Positions 27,451 through 37,969 of a DNA stretch of 64,000 nt are shown in pieces. Each line of letters begins with the position of its first letter. The stretch's first letter is position 1. The translations under genes and the position numbers were made by a program. The stretch comes from Pseudomonadota bacterium (GTDB lineage: Bacteria; Desulfobacterota; Desulfobacteria; Desulfobacterales; RPRI01): assembly GCA_043825875.1 (NCBI GenBank), contig JBDRRF010000045.1, positions 1 to 64,000 of the forward strand, in the 5' to 3' direction. The notes below the pieces were generated by a model. It did no database searches. It had not been told where the DNA came from and saw only the letters and a list, made by a program, of their open reading frames with translations.

Positions 27451-28080
27451 CTGAATCTCTACCCGCAGAGCGGGTAGGTTCAGGAAGTCCCCCAGAGGGG
27501 GACAATTACTTTAGGAAAGCCCCTTAGGGCTATTTATTCATCATCATCTAAATCTAATTCCAGCTGTTGTTGTTCTATGTTTTCTTGTTCACGAATGTAT
27601 CTGCGTATGGTTTCTTCATCCAACCCAACAGTGCTAACACAATACCCTCTGGCCCAAAAATGCAGGCCGGTTACTCGCTTCTTTTTTAATACGGTTCGAT
27701 GGATTAAAACGGCACTCTTGCCTTTTAGAAATCCAATTACAAAAGCTATACTGTACTTCGGCGGAACGCTTAAGCACATATGGATATGGTCGGACATTAA
27801 ATGCCCTTCCAACAACTCAACCCCGCGTTGGCGGCATAAATCGCGTAGTATGTCACCAACTTGTTTACGAAATTTTCCGTATAACTTCTTTGTGCGATAC
27901 TTCGGTACAAATACAACATGGTATTTGCAATCCCATCTTACATGGGATAAACTTTTCCAATCATGCATAGGTAATTCCTCCTGTCTGCCTTTAGGGGCTT
28001 TCCCGAGGAATTACCTATATTATTTCTCACCGGATCGGTATAACCTATCCGGGTCCTCCACCAGAGGTGGAGGGTTTAGA
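27451..28080 (-). mobile_element. IS200/IS605-family element (tnpA only)
   Basis: Subterminal hairpins CTACCCGC-AGA-GCGGGTAG and CCTCCACC-AGA-GGTGGAGG; no TIRs; hairpin ATAGGTAATTCCTC...GAGGAATTACCTAT covers the tnpA RBS. Boundaries approximate by a few bp. Confidence 0.85.
27534..27968 (-). CDS. tnpA: IS200 HUH (Y1) transposase
   Basis: SLSHVRWDCKYHVVFVPKYR, HUH motif DHIHM, FLKGKS, FWARGYCVSTVG, IRRYIREQ. Confidence 0.97.
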   Translation of the reverse strand: MHDWKSLSHVRWDCKYHVVFVPKYRTKKLYGKFRKQVGDILRDLCRQRGVELLEGHLMSDHIHMCLSVPPKYSIAFVIGFLKGKSAVLIHRTVLKKKRVTGLHFWARGYCVSTVGLDEETIRRYIREQENIEQQQLELDLDDDE

Positions 28081-28287
28081 TCAAAACTAAACTGCACAAA
28101 TGAATTTAAACAAGATGCCGTAAAACTGGTGTTGGAAAAAGGCTACAGTTGCCTTGAAGCCGCCAGGCGTCTTGGATAAAACACTTACCCTCGCACAAAG
28201 TTTATATTTGTATCATTAACAAAGTGAAGATTTGACGATTTGAATCTTCGAATCCTCGAATCCTCATAGAGTCCTACTCAGTAATAA

Positions 28288-28701
28288 TTAATTTTTTCTA
28301 ATCCAATTTGCACCACGGGCCGAAGGTGACAAAAGCAAGGATAGGATATTAATATAGAACACAATATCTACAATAATATAATGCATTGCAAAATCTGATT
28401 TGGCATATGCTCCCAAATTGACTAAAAGGCCAAAACATGCAAAAATAATGGAGATGTTTCGAGCCGGAGCCTTTAATTCAGAAAGCCCATAAGCACAATA
28501 AAGCAAGATAGGAACGAAAATAACTGCCGCTGTTTTACCACTTAGAACCGCAATAACAAGTAAAGCTGCTAAAACAGATATTAGTACAGTTGCGGCTTTT
28601 ACAACCGCTGGTTTTTTTACCGGTATACCGGTTTTATCTTTTGTTTCTGATTGTTTCAATTCTATAATTTCTTGAGTTTCAATAAATTCTGCTGTTTTCA
28701 T
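28288..28701 (-). CDS. Membrane protein (about 4 TM)
   Basis: Four hydrophobic segments; RBS AAGGAGG. Confidence 0.7.
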   Translation of the reverse strand: MKTAEFIETQEIIELKQSETKDKTGIPVKKPAVVKAATVLISVLAALLVIAVLSGKTAAVIFVPILLYCAYGLSELKAPARNISIIFACFGLLVNLGAYAKSDFAMHYIIVDIVFYINILSLLLSPSARGANWIRKN

Positions 28702-29228
28702 AATCTGTTACCTCCTTTAATTAATTGTTCTTTTTGTGCAATGAAAGCGCATAATGTTCTATCCTTAATTAATGATTAAGATATTTCTGTAGGGGCAGAC
28801 ACAATATTAATGGTTTGAAATCAAAATTTAACATTTGAAATATCATGCCTGCCCTAAAGATCTATTTAGGAAACAAATGCGAATATTTCTCACCACAAAA
28901 AATTATTATTTGTATTTTTCACTGTTATTATGAGTTGTGAGACAGGCAGAAACATGAGTACTCAAATTTAAGAAGGAGGTTAATATAAAGTGTACCATAT
29001 GGAATTTAATACGAATTACCTATAAAAAATTCTGTACTTCGACAGGCACATCTGATAGATATTCTCATCCAGGTTTTTCGCCACTCAATTTGGACAGATT
29101 TTTTTGTTAAGGTCATTAACAGGGTTTTATATACAGAATATTAAACAGCTTAAACAAATAAACTATCATTATAGACTATCACCTTTTTATATTTGTTTCG
29201 TAAGAAACATTACAAATAGGTTATAAAC

Positions 29229-29951
29229 ATGGCTTTTGTTACTGATAATATTGATTTGATTGAATCAGCGAAAAAAAATGATGAGTATGCATGGGAAAAG
29301 CTTATTAAAGATTATAAAATTTTCATTTATGGTATTATTTTGAAATATCATTTCAAACACAGAGAAAAAAAAGATGTATTTCAAGAAATTGCTTTAAAGC
29401 TTGTTAGTGCTATCAAAGATTATGATCCCTCTATATCTCGATTTTCTACTTTTGTAAGTATTATTGCAAATAGAAAGTGTATAGATATTTTAAGAGAAGA
29501 AAATTATCAACTATTTATAATAACAGATAATACTTTAATTGCAATGAAATATGCAGGTTTTAGTGATGAAATTATTAACAATTTAAATAAAATAAAAAAT
29601 CATGAATTTACAGAAGAAAGCAAATTTTTGGAAGTATTGGAAGAATTGCTTGACAATAAAGCTGACCTAGATATTTCGACAATTTTGAAATATACCAAAA
29701 AATACAAAGGTCGTTATCCACAGACTCCAGATAATATAGATATTCACGGAGAAGTTTTTAACATTATTGATAAGATATATCTTGAAGAGATACTTAACAA
29801 TTTGCCTGCTGATATAAAGAAGTTATTAATTTATCATTGTAAAGGTTATTCATACAATGAAATTGCAAAATTTATGGAAAAGGATTTTGATTGGGTTAAA
29901 AATAATCTATTTCGTATTAAAAAAAAATCACCTTTGATAAGAAAAAAATGA
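29229..29951 (+). CDS. ECF-type sigma factor with an inserted helical segment
   Basis: Region 2 AWEKLI..DVFQEI..YDPSISRFSTFVSIIANRKCIDILR; region 4 LNNLP..GYSYNEIAKFM..VKNNLFRIKKK; long insert between them. Confidence 0.88.
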   Translation: MAFVTDNIDLIESAKKNDEYAWEKLIKDYKIFIYGIILKYHFKHREKKDVFQEIALKLVSAIKDYDPSISRFSTFVSIIANRKCIDILREENYQLFIITDNTLIAMKYAGFSDEIINNLNKIKNHEFTEESKFLEVLEELLDNKADLDISTILKYTKKYKGRYPQTPDNIDIHGEVFNIIDKIYLEEILNNLPADIKKLLIYHCKGYSYNEIAKFMEKDFDWVKNNLFRIKKKSPLIRKK

Positions 29952-29978
29952 GAATTATTTTGATCGAGAACGAATATT

Positions 29979-31061
29979 ATGAATGTTAAAAATAAAAAAG
30001 AACATTTAACCGAAGAAGATATCCTTCTATATTGCGATAATGAATTATCACATGAAGAGAAAACACGAATACTTCATCATCTTGATTTTTGTGATAGTTG
30101 TAAACAGTTGGTTGATAATTATAGATCATTTTTGAATATTATGAATGACATGATTCCGAATGGTCTATATTCAAAAAATAAGGAAGATTGCTTAGGATAT
30201 ATGGATATTGCCAATTATATCGAAAACAATATATCTCATAAAAAGAGAAAAAAAATTGAAGAGCACTTGAGTACTTGTGGCTACTGTTTGCACATTGTAA
30301 TTGAGAGTATGCTTTCTCTTAAAGAAAACGTTATTGAAAAGGAACCACAATTTTTATTAGATAATATTATAAATTCCATTTTTATTAGATTGCGCGAAGA
30401 AAAAGCTAAGATTTTGTTGAGTGACTTAAAGAGCTTTACCGAAAAATGTCCACTAAGTATTCGTAGTTTTTTTATTGAAAAAAAATCAAATATAGAAATT
30501 ATTATTAAAAATACTTTTGCCTTACCCACACCACGGTATGCATTTGTTTTTGGTGAGCATAGAGCAAATGTTTTAAGTCCTTTTGGAAAAGTCCGATTTC
30601 CAGTGGTATTTAAATGGATTCCATTTGAAAAAGCAGATAATTATATAGTTTCAATAGATGATATTGGCTGGGAAGGATACACTTCAAAATCAAAAATTAA
30701 AATTTTAGAAGAAGAAATCAAAATAAAATATAAAAATGAATATATGTGGCGACTAAAAGTTAGAAAAGGAGATGAAATCCTTGATGAAATAACAGGTTTT
30801 ATTCAAATTGCCACAGAAGAAGAAATAAAAGAACTACAGCATATTGAGATCTATTTAAAAAATATTGAGTCAAAGCACAACCGGTTGATGATTTGGGCTA
30901 TAATTCTTGAAGAAAAAGAATTTTATATAGAGGCAATACAGAATTACATAAAAGCTTATGAAATAGATCCAACAAATGGTTTAGCATTCAGAATTGCTTA
31001 TTGCTATGATTGCTTGGAATTAGAAGAACTCCGGGATGAATGGAATAAAAAAATTAGATAA
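29979..31061 (+). CDS. Soluble anti-sigma factor with two zinc-binding (HxxxCxxC) domains and C-terminal beta/TPR region
   Basis: HLTEEDILLY..HHLDFCDSC and EHLSTCGYC; no clear TM; C-terminal TPR-like EAIQNYIKAYEIDP; follows the sigma gene. Confidence 0.8.
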   Translation: MNVKNKKEHLTEEDILLYCDNELSHEEKTRILHHLDFCDSCKQLVDNYRSFLNIMNDMIPNGLYSKNKEDCLGYMDIANYIENNISHKKRKKIEEHLSTCGYCLHIVIESMLSLKENVIEKEPQFLLDNIINSIFIRLREEKAKILLSDLKSFTEKCPLSIRSFFIEKKSNIEIIIKNTFALPTPRYAFVFGEHRANVLSPFGKVRFPVVFKWIPFEKADNYIVSIDDIGWEGYTSKSKIKILEEEIKIKYKNEYMWRLKVRKGDEILDEITGFIQIATEEEIKELQHIEIYLKNIESKHNRLMIWAIILEEKEFYIEAIQNYIKAYEIDPTNGLAFRIAYCYDCLELEELRDEWNKKIR

Positions 31062-31167
31062 TACGTTTTAAAAAACTATATGGCGTTGTTGCATACATAG
31101 CATTTTTGGTGCATCCATTTTTAGCTTAATAGCTGATGATCTTCATAATTATATAAAAGCTCTTTCA

Positions 31168-32841
31168 ATGAAAATAAGAAAATCAAATAAAAAAAATATC
31201 ATTTTTTTTACTAAAATTATATTTTTTCAATCTTATATTGGCATAGCCTCTTGTGTTTACTATTTAATTGCTGCTGTCAAAAACTTAATTAAATACTTGC
31301 CATCTCTTTCCAATAAAAAAGACCTTAATATAAATTGCATTCCCAAAGCACGTTCAGAAATATTAAGAATTCTAAAAATTTTAAAAACCAGTCAATCTTT
31401 AGAAAATAAATTGCCATGGCTATGCAAAAAAAATGAATTTAGCCTTAAAGAACTAATAACGATTAGGGTAAACTATATAAAGAATACGTGGAAATCGTAT
31501 TTCTCATATAACATTTTTTTTCGTGAAGATATTAAAAATATTTATCGGTGGGGAATTTTATCTTCTTATCCAGACCAACCAATTCATTCTTTTTTTGATT
31601 TTGGAAATTTAATACAGCATTTTCCTGATGATATTAAAAGTGAGTATTTTTCATATAATATAGAAAGACATGATCAAAAGAACTTAAGTTTTATAGGGAA
31701 AAATCCCCCAATCTTATGGGATATTCTTCAGCATGTAGTGGAATTGCAGACAGAGTGGGCAGGGGGTCTGTTTTTTCTGCCTATATCATCAACTTCAGAA
31801 AAAGATTGTGATGATGCTTTTTATAAACCTCTATATCGTTTCTCGGTACATTTGATTGGTGGATTAGTGATTATTGCTGAAATGCTTTCTTCTATTGAGT
31901 CAGGTTTGGCATTTACTTCAGCATACTCAAAAAAGTTATCTGCAGATATAACCAAATTCTTTAATAAATTGGATGAGCCTAAAGTGTTATTAGCAGATTT
32001 GATTTTTATTCATAGCGCTGTCCAAAAAATCTGGCTAATTATAAATGGGCGGTCAAAGGATGAAATTACAAAATTTAACAATCGTAATTTAATTTATAAT
32101 ACTGATATTATGAACTTTAAAAAAAAATTTCCTATAGCCGAGCAGTTTAAAAAATTATTTTTAAATAATCCTGTAACTATTTTGTTATTTTTTGATTTTT
32201 TATCCGATTTAAAATTGTTAAATCCTTTAGATAAAAATCAATACAAGATTTTATGTCATATTTTTAAAAATGAAATAGATGAAGAAGTTTTATATTGGCT
32301 GGCAAACCATACATATTCAAGTTTAATGAACCCTTATATGAAAGAGGGACTAACTTGTTTTGGAAACAGGATTGCTCAAATACCGGCGGAACTATTCCAG
32401 TATAGAATTAACTGTTTTGGGGTACTTGTTAATACTCTATTTGAAGAACTTGAAGAAAATAAAGAAGTATTTGAAAATTTTTCGTGTTTTTGCATTTTTT
32501 TTTACGACATTCTATTAAGAGATTGGATGATAGAAATTCCTGCTGATGAATTTCCTAATCATCCTCTTCCAGAGCTTCAACCTGAAGTACTGCAGGATCA
32601 TTACCCAAATGAAATTGTTGAAAGTGAAACGCTTTTTAGCCGCATTTTAATTTGGTGCAAAGTTAAGGAAAGTAATTCTTTCAAATCTGCATTTTCTACT
32701 TTTCTTAGTCCAATTAATAAACTGATAAATTTTAATAAAAGACCGAATTCAGAAAGCATAAAAGAAACCATGGTGAGTTTTAAGCAGATATATAAAAAAG
32801 CTAAGCCTTATCTTACAGAACTAATTATTTCAGAAGATTAA
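31168..32841 (+). CDS. Hypothetical protein
   Basis: 557-aa ORF in the AT-rich co-directional cluster, 2 bp from the next gene; start uncertain. Confidence 0.75.
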   Translation: MKIRKSNKKNIIFFTKIIFFQSYIGIASCVYYLIAAVKNLIKYLPSLSNKKDLNINCIPKARSEILRILKILKTSQSLENKLPWLCKKNEFSLKELITIRVNYIKNTWKSYFSYNIFFREDIKNIYRWGILSSYPDQPIHSFFDFGNLIQHFPDDIKSEYFSYNIERHDQKNLSFIGKNPPILWDILQHVVELQTEWAGGLFFLPISSTSEKDCDDAFYKPLYRFSVHLIGGLVIIAEMLSSIESGLAFTSAYSKKLSADITKFFNKLDEPKVLLADLIFIHSAVQKIWLIINGRSKDEITKFNNRNLIYNTDIMNFKKKFPIAEQFKKLFLNNPVTILLFFDFLSDLKLLNPLDKNQYKILCHIFKNEIDEEVLYWLANHTYSSLMNPYMKEGLTCFGNRIAQIPAELFQYRINCFGVLVNTLFEELEENKEVFENFSCFCIFFYDILLRDWMIEIPADEFPNHPLPELQPEVLQDHYPNEIVESETLFSRILIWCKVKESNSFKSAFSTFLSPINKLINFNKRPNSESIKETMVSFKQIYKKAKPYLTELIISED

Positions 32842-32843
32842 TT

Positions 32844-34730
32844 ATGACGTTACAAAATATAGATAGTATCAAGGAAGGTAAAAAATTTGAAAAACTTCAA
32901 GAAGTGTTGAGTGAAAGCCTCAGATTTTCAGTGTATCCCAAAGAGTTGATTGATCGATTTGGGATTCTATCTCTTGATACTATGAAGGCACTTTCAATTT
33001 CGGGATATTACATTCCGCTTTTTGCCTCCATCGATATATTTTGTTCTTTTTTTTCACCGTCACTACAATACTATCAAAGTATAAATCCACTGCCGGTAAA
33101 ACATCTAAATTTTAGCAAATTTTATTGTGAAAGCTATATTAGATTTTTAAAGGCAATTCGAGACATCCCAGCATTACAAAAGATGGCTAATTTATTTTAC
33201 TTTGAGAAATATAGGTACAAAAATAAAAATAGTGCATCTGAATTATATTTTGATAACAATCTATTCTATGAAACTTTTGTATTTATTATAAGAGATATGG
33301 CAATGGTATGTCCACTGACAAATATCCAACAAGTATATGATCCAAGTATTATTTCAATTATAACATGGGATGATTTATATATTCCATCACGTAAAAAATT
33401 TGCATTAGAAGAGGAAATAAATATTTTAAAAAGGTTGGGATTTGATAATTTTATTCCCTCTCCCTTCTCTGGAAATCATAGTTGGGGAAAAAAAATAGAT
33501 ATTCTTCTTAAATCCTTTTTCCTAGTGTCTCAAAATCAAAACACTAAATATAATCAGCCAATACACCATATAAACGATCTGGCTAAAGAAAAAAAGACAC
33601 AAAAGGTTGAGCTGCTTAACAGGAATAAAAAAATCATTAAAGACATTTCGAAAACATCTTATCTCTTTGATTATAAGCTTATTGACCTTTATATACTTAA
33701 TGTTGATGATTTCAACCCGAGCGACAAATTGCGAAGAAAAATTGCACAGCTACAAAATATTTCCCGTCAGGCTATTGAGAAAAGTCCATTTAATACAGAA
33801 TATACGGATCCAAAAGATAGTGGAGTCATCAACACATTTTACCTGTCGATGGATGACGATTTATTTAAGCTTAAATATCTTGAGAAGCAACCCATATTCT
33901 TTGGCAACCAACCTCCGATAAAAGAGCAGGAAAATTTGGGGGTTAGATTTTGTATGTTGGAAGATATAAAATCTATTAGTGAAAAAATCTGCGAGAAAAA
34001 TCGCTATCGATACCCCCATATAACTGTACATAAGCTTATCTCAATCCTGTTGTGTAGCGACATAATAAAATATCTTGGTAAAGTACCTGAATTAAATATA
34101 ATAATGGATCTTATTATTTATACACTTTACTTCGATTCTGAAAAAGAGTCTTCTACTAAAAAAGTTCGCTTAAGCATGAAAGATCTAATAAATAGTAGGA
34201 AAGAAGTGGATCTTACCAATCTCAAAGAATTGCAGGAGAAGCTATTCCTTGAAGCACCGCTATTAAAAACATATAGCTTTGTACCCAATATTAATAACTA
34301 TAATATATTATTCAACAGTATTAATGATTCTGATGATTCGTTAATGCGGATGTCGGGATGTAATCGTGTACTAAATTTATTTTTTGGTTGGGGTGGTTTA
34401 TATCTGCAGGAGAATGCACTTAATAATTCTCAACAGGAAAAAAAGAATAAACACGACGAAGTAAACAAAAATGAAAATGAAGAGGAATACAATTTATCCA
34501 CAAACATAAGGGATATACGTGCTAATAGCCAAAATATTTCACTTTACTCTCCAAACACCTACGTTATTGAAACTAATTGTAAATACCTTTTAACATCAGG
34601 TCATGGATTAAATAGAACTGTTTTTAAGACTCAGATTAAAGATGATAAGCTATCTAAATTTTTAAATAATACAAGAGAATATTTTTTAAACATATTAGTC
34701 GATGAAGCCATTGAACGAAAGTGCAGCTAA
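32844..34730 (+). CDS. Hypothetical protein, possibly a degenerate vWA-type MoxR partner
   Basis: 628-aa ORF; DDDLFKLKYLEKQPIFF loosely recalls the pre-vWA motif of MoxR-associated proteins (weak); no MIDAS motif seen. Confidence 0.7.
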   Translation: MTLQNIDSIKEGKKFEKLQEVLSESLRFSVYPKELIDRFGILSLDTMKALSISGYYIPLFASIDIFCSFFSPSLQYYQSINPLPVKHLNFSKFYCESYIRFLKAIRDIPALQKMANLFYFEKYRYKNKNSASELYFDNNLFYETFVFIIRDMAMVCPLTNIQQVYDPSIISIITWDDLYIPSRKKFALEEEINILKRLGFDNFIPSPFSGNHSWGKKIDILLKSFFLVSQNQNTKYNQPIHHINDLAKEKKTQKVELLNRNKKIIKDISKTSYLFDYKLIDLYILNVDDFNPSDKLRRKIAQLQNISRQAIEKSPFNTEYTDPKDSGVINTFYLSMDDDLFKLKYLEKQPIFFGNQPPIKEQENLGVRFCMLEDIKSISEKICEKNRYRYPHITVHKLISILLCSDIIKYLGKVPELNIIMDLIIYTLYFDSEKESSTKKVRLSMKDLINSRKEVDLTNLKELQEKLFLEAPLLKTYSFVPNINNYNILFNSINDSDDSLMRMSGCNRVLNLFFGWGGLYLQENALNNSQQEKKNKHDEVNKNENEEEYNLSTNIRDIRANSQNISLYSPNTYVIETNCKYLLTSGHGLNRTVFKTQIKDDKLSKFLNNTREYFLNILVDEAIERKCS

Positions 34731-37275
34731 TAAAAAGGACATTGTTGTGACAGATCATACTTTGCTTAAAAGCTTATATTACGCAGAAAAAGATAATCAA
34801 AAAGCTTGCATTGCAACAGAATCACCCGGATTACTCATTAATCTGCTACTAAATATAATGCCTGGGAAAATTTCCACAGTTCTATCATATCCCTATTATA
34901 CAAACGCTTCTCAAAATGTATATATGATAAAAATACAGGAAATACCTCATGAGGCAATCAACGATGACAGTATTGACTTGCACTTAAAGCGTCTACAGTC
35001 TTGCGGTAATATTATATATGCAGATAAATCTTTATTTGGAAATAGGCAACAAGGAACTATTGCTGATCTTGCTAAGATGCTAGTACCAAACCAAATAGAG
35101 ATTGAACGCTCATATGAAAATCTTGTTTTCTGGTGTGATGGGGCAAGAATATATAATAATGTTATAGATGTTCTTTTTAGTCTAACAGTTAAAAACCTCA
35201 GAGTAGCCAGGCTAAAATTTGGAAACAATGAAAGATATTTGGTAAGGGCACAAGGTATCTCTTCGCCTGTCATTTTATCAAAATTTGGAAATATGGAAGG
35301 GCTTACAATGTTTTATAAGCCCTTGGTATTATCTGAAATATGGATCCAGTGGGGTTGGCGATATGATTTTGTTGATGCATCTACTTATGAAATTCTTAGA
35401 GAGAAAAATGAGACTATATTCATCTTTAGAAACGGTTCTTCAGAAAAAATAAAGTCTGATAGCATAAATTATATTCCTCTAATAAAATACATGAATTTGA
35501 AATTCGATATGATACAAGTTCATGAAGCAGCCCCAAGAGATTTTAACTATCATATCGAAAGAGAGTTAAAACTAAAAAAAAACACTCTGACTGATTGGGC
35601 TAGGATAGAGATAGAAGATTTACTTCAACAAGAACAGGAAATTAGGGAGAGAATTGAATGGCTTAAAAATATGGAATCGGTTTTTACCACTCAGGTTTCT
35701 TATAAAGTAATGTATTATCCTTTTAGTCCTCACAAAAAAGACCCAATATTTCCAACATATTTTTTTAGGAAGCAACACCTTCGTCAACTCCGCCAGTTGA
35801 TGTTTTACTATGGTTCGGTAGGATCATTGGGTGATGGAGTTATGGTAACCACCTGTAGTTTTGTAGAGCAATCTAAACTTGGTAGATACAATATTGATAA
35901 GAAATATTATCCCCGTAGAGGTATAGTATTCGAGACTTGTAAAGATTGGATGGCCTATTCAGGATTAAGAGTTTTGATTCCCGAAGGATTTGATCTTTAT
36001 CCTTACCTTGAAGTAGAAGAAGAAGACAAAACGGTTATAGTAAATGCTTTTCTGGAAACTGTAGGTTGTACAATCAACAGTAGAAAAAGGGAGGATATTA
36101 GAGCAAACCCTGAGAGATATCTTTATTTCATTTTTCCAAAACAAACTAATATTATTTCAGATTGGGAAAAGACAGATCTTGAAGCTATTATAATTCATGA
36201 AAAGGAATTTCGCAAATTCGATATCAAAATCGCAAATATGGGTATTCATTTTGCCATGAACGAAGAGGATAAAAATATAGCAAATCAAATATTTAACAAT
36301 CATGTTACAGAAAATATTAAAGAACAGTTTAATAGCGTTATTACCCAGTTGACGCAATACTTAGAGGATGCTTTTCAATATGAGCGACGTAAATTCAAGA
36401 AAAAAATCGAAGAATTTAATACTTATATTGAGAATCAAGATCAAAATTTTAAGGAATCAAAAAAAGCTGTTAATGATTCTGTTGGCAGGATAAAAAAATC
36501 AGAGAAAATCATTACTAGTTATGAAATATATCTTAGTAATTTTGTTGAAAGCTATACTTCAAAGATTCAAAGTAGTACTAAAAATATTGAAAATTTCATT
36601 AATGAGATTAAAGCTTTTATGCAGACGCTTAACAATGATATTGATGCTATAAATAGAAATAATAGTGAAGAATTAAATACAAAACTTTCTTTATTAAAAG
36701 AAGTAAAAAAGAATACATCTGAAACAATAGAAGAAATTATAAAACTTCAAGATAAACGAACTAAAAGCAATAAATCCTTACAAGAGATCAGAGATCTTGA
36801 AAACAAATTTTCGGATAAATATAAAGAGGCAAAATGGAACCGTTTAGAAATAAAAGATAATTTAAATAAAATTTGGGAGATTGAAAAATCTTTTGAGGGC
36901 TTAAAATTAGAAATCGATAAAATATCTGAGCATATGCAAAAAATTGCTGAATCATCTTACCGTAGTAGTGTATATTCAGTATCATCAAATAAGCACCATG
37001 AAATTAATGTGTGGGTTGATGGTATTATATCGCATATGAACGAATTTAAGACAATGGCCAACAATCAGACAATAGTCAGCCATGATTTAACAAAGATTAT
37101 AAATCAATTTAGAGAACCCATTGATCATATTACTGAAGATATTAAAACTTCACTTCCTCATTTAATACGAAGAGAAGAGACTATCAACCAAAAAAAAATA
37201 TTTTTCAAGGAAGCAAACAAATATTTAAAAGAACGTATTTCTAGTATTTATGAACTATATAAGAATTTTTCATAG
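34702..37275 (+). CDS. Hypothetical protein with long C-terminal coiled coil
   Basis: 857 aa; globular N-half (EIWIQWGWRY, LRVLIPEGFDLYP); heptad-rich from about aa 520; overlaps the upstream stop. Confidence 0.8.
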   Translation: MKPLNESAANKKDIVVTDHTLLKSLYYAEKDNQKACIATESPGLLINLLLNIMPGKISTVLSYPYYTNASQNVYMIKIQEIPHEAINDDSIDLHLKRLQSCGNIIYADKSLFGNRQQGTIADLAKMLVPNQIEIERSYENLVFWCDGARIYNNVIDVLFSLTVKNLRVARLKFGNNERYLVRAQGISSPVILSKFGNMEGLTMFYKPLVLSEIWIQWGWRYDFVDASTYEILREKNETIFIFRNGSSEKIKSDSINYIPLIKYMNLKFDMIQVHEAAPRDFNYHIERELKLKKNTLTDWARIEIEDLLQQEQEIRERIEWLKNMESVFTTQVSYKVMYYPFSPHKKDPIFPTYFFRKQHLRQLRQLMFYYGSVGSLGDGVMVTTCSFVEQSKLGRYNIDKKYYPRRGIVFETCKDWMAYSGLRVLIPEGFDLYPYLEVEEEDKTVIVNAFLETVGCTINSRKREDIRANPERYLYFIFPKQTNIISDWEKTDLEAIIIHEKEFRKFDIKIANMGIHFAMNEEDKNIANQIFNNHVTENIKEQFNSVITQLTQYLEDAFQYERRKFKKKIEEFNTYIENQDQNFKESKKAVNDSVGRIKKSEKIITSYEIYLSNFVESYTSKIQSSTKNIENFINEIKAFMQTLNNDIDAINRNNSEELNTKLSLLKEVKKNTSETIEEIIKLQDKRTKSNKSLQEIRDLENKFSDKYKEAKWNRLEIKDNLNKIWEIEKSFEGLKLEIDKISEHMQKIAESSYRSSVYSVSSNKHHEINVWVDGIISHMNEFKTMANNQTIVSHDLTKIINQFREPIDHITEDIKTSLPHLIRREETINQKKIFFKEANKYLKERISSIYELYKNFS

Positions 37276-37308
37276 TGAATTTCAAGTTAAAAAGGGCAGG
37301 ATTATTTT

Positions 37309-37953
37309 ATGGAAGAAATAATGAATACTGAACAATCAACTGACTTAATAAATGATGAAGAATTGTGTAAGTTGGTAACTAATGCAATAGAAAAAAAAGA
37401 AACTTTTAAAAATAATATGTCACACTTTATAGGATATACACAAAAAATAATTAATGACCGACAACTTGAGATACATGAACAAAACAATATCAAAACAGAC
37501 AGACAAGAAGCTAATAATAATGGGAATAACTGGTCAAATTTAAAGCTTGTTAAAACAAAACATCAGGTAAAAAACCGGTTTGATGAACTGATGGAAGGGC
37601 TTTCTATTATAAATTACAAGAACCTTAGTAAATTTCGTATGGCTGGCAAAGAAGGTGTATTAACAATACGTCAAGATATTAATGTGGTAAAAAAAGAGTA
37701 TAGAGAAAATTTGGAACACTTAAGTGAAATAAGATCTTTGATAAAAAGATGTTATATGCATCTCGATGAATATTTATTGAATAAAGATCTGGCCTGCTTG
37801 GCTGACTTATATTTAAAAGAAAAAAATAATGAGTGTGAAATAGATTTGTGGTTACAAGATACAAAATGCATAATTAATATGGTTGATATTGTTTATTCAT
37901 ATTTACTAAATAGGGTTGTTAAGACAACTGAAAAAGGATTTGTTGAAGGCTAA
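37309..37953 (+). CDS. Hypothetical helical protein
   Basis: 214-aa ORF with RBS (GCAGGA) in the cluster. Confidence 0.75.
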   Translation: MEEIMNTEQSTDLINDEELCKLVTNAIEKKETFKNNMSHFIGYTQKIINDRQLEIHEQNNIKTDRQEANNNGNNWSNLKLVKTKHQVKNRFDELMEGLSIINYKNLSKFRMAGKEGVLTIRQDINVVKKEYRENLEHLSEIRSLIKRCYMHLDEYLLNKDLACLADLYLKEKNNECEIDLWLQDTKCIINMVDIVYSYLLNRVVKTTEKGFVEG

Positions 37954-37969
37954 TTAGAAAGATATTGTT

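Larger units (their letters stand above)
27367..28179 (+). pseudogene. Truncated IS3-family element (IRL + 5' of orfA) interrupted by IS200
   Basis: IRL-like TGAAGTGGTTTAATTTAAACGGACAC at 27367; ATG 27430 MSKDLKR resumes at 28081 with SKLNCTNEFKQDAVKLVLEKGYSCLEAARRLG* (IS3 OrfA HTH). Confidence 0.75.

Noticed and set aside
27577..28179. 200-aa plus-strand ORF
   Set aside because: Mostly antisense to IS200 tnpA; only the last ~32 codons are real (IS3 orfA remnant).
28242..28266. Short GAATCYTC tandem repeat (three copies)
   Set aside because: Too short and low-complexity to assign a function.
28789..28856. Imperfect inverted repeat TAGGGGCAGACAC...CATGCCTGCCCTA upstream of the membrane-protein gene
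   Set aside because: Several mismatches and a single occurrence; could be a degenerate REP or operator but is unsupported.
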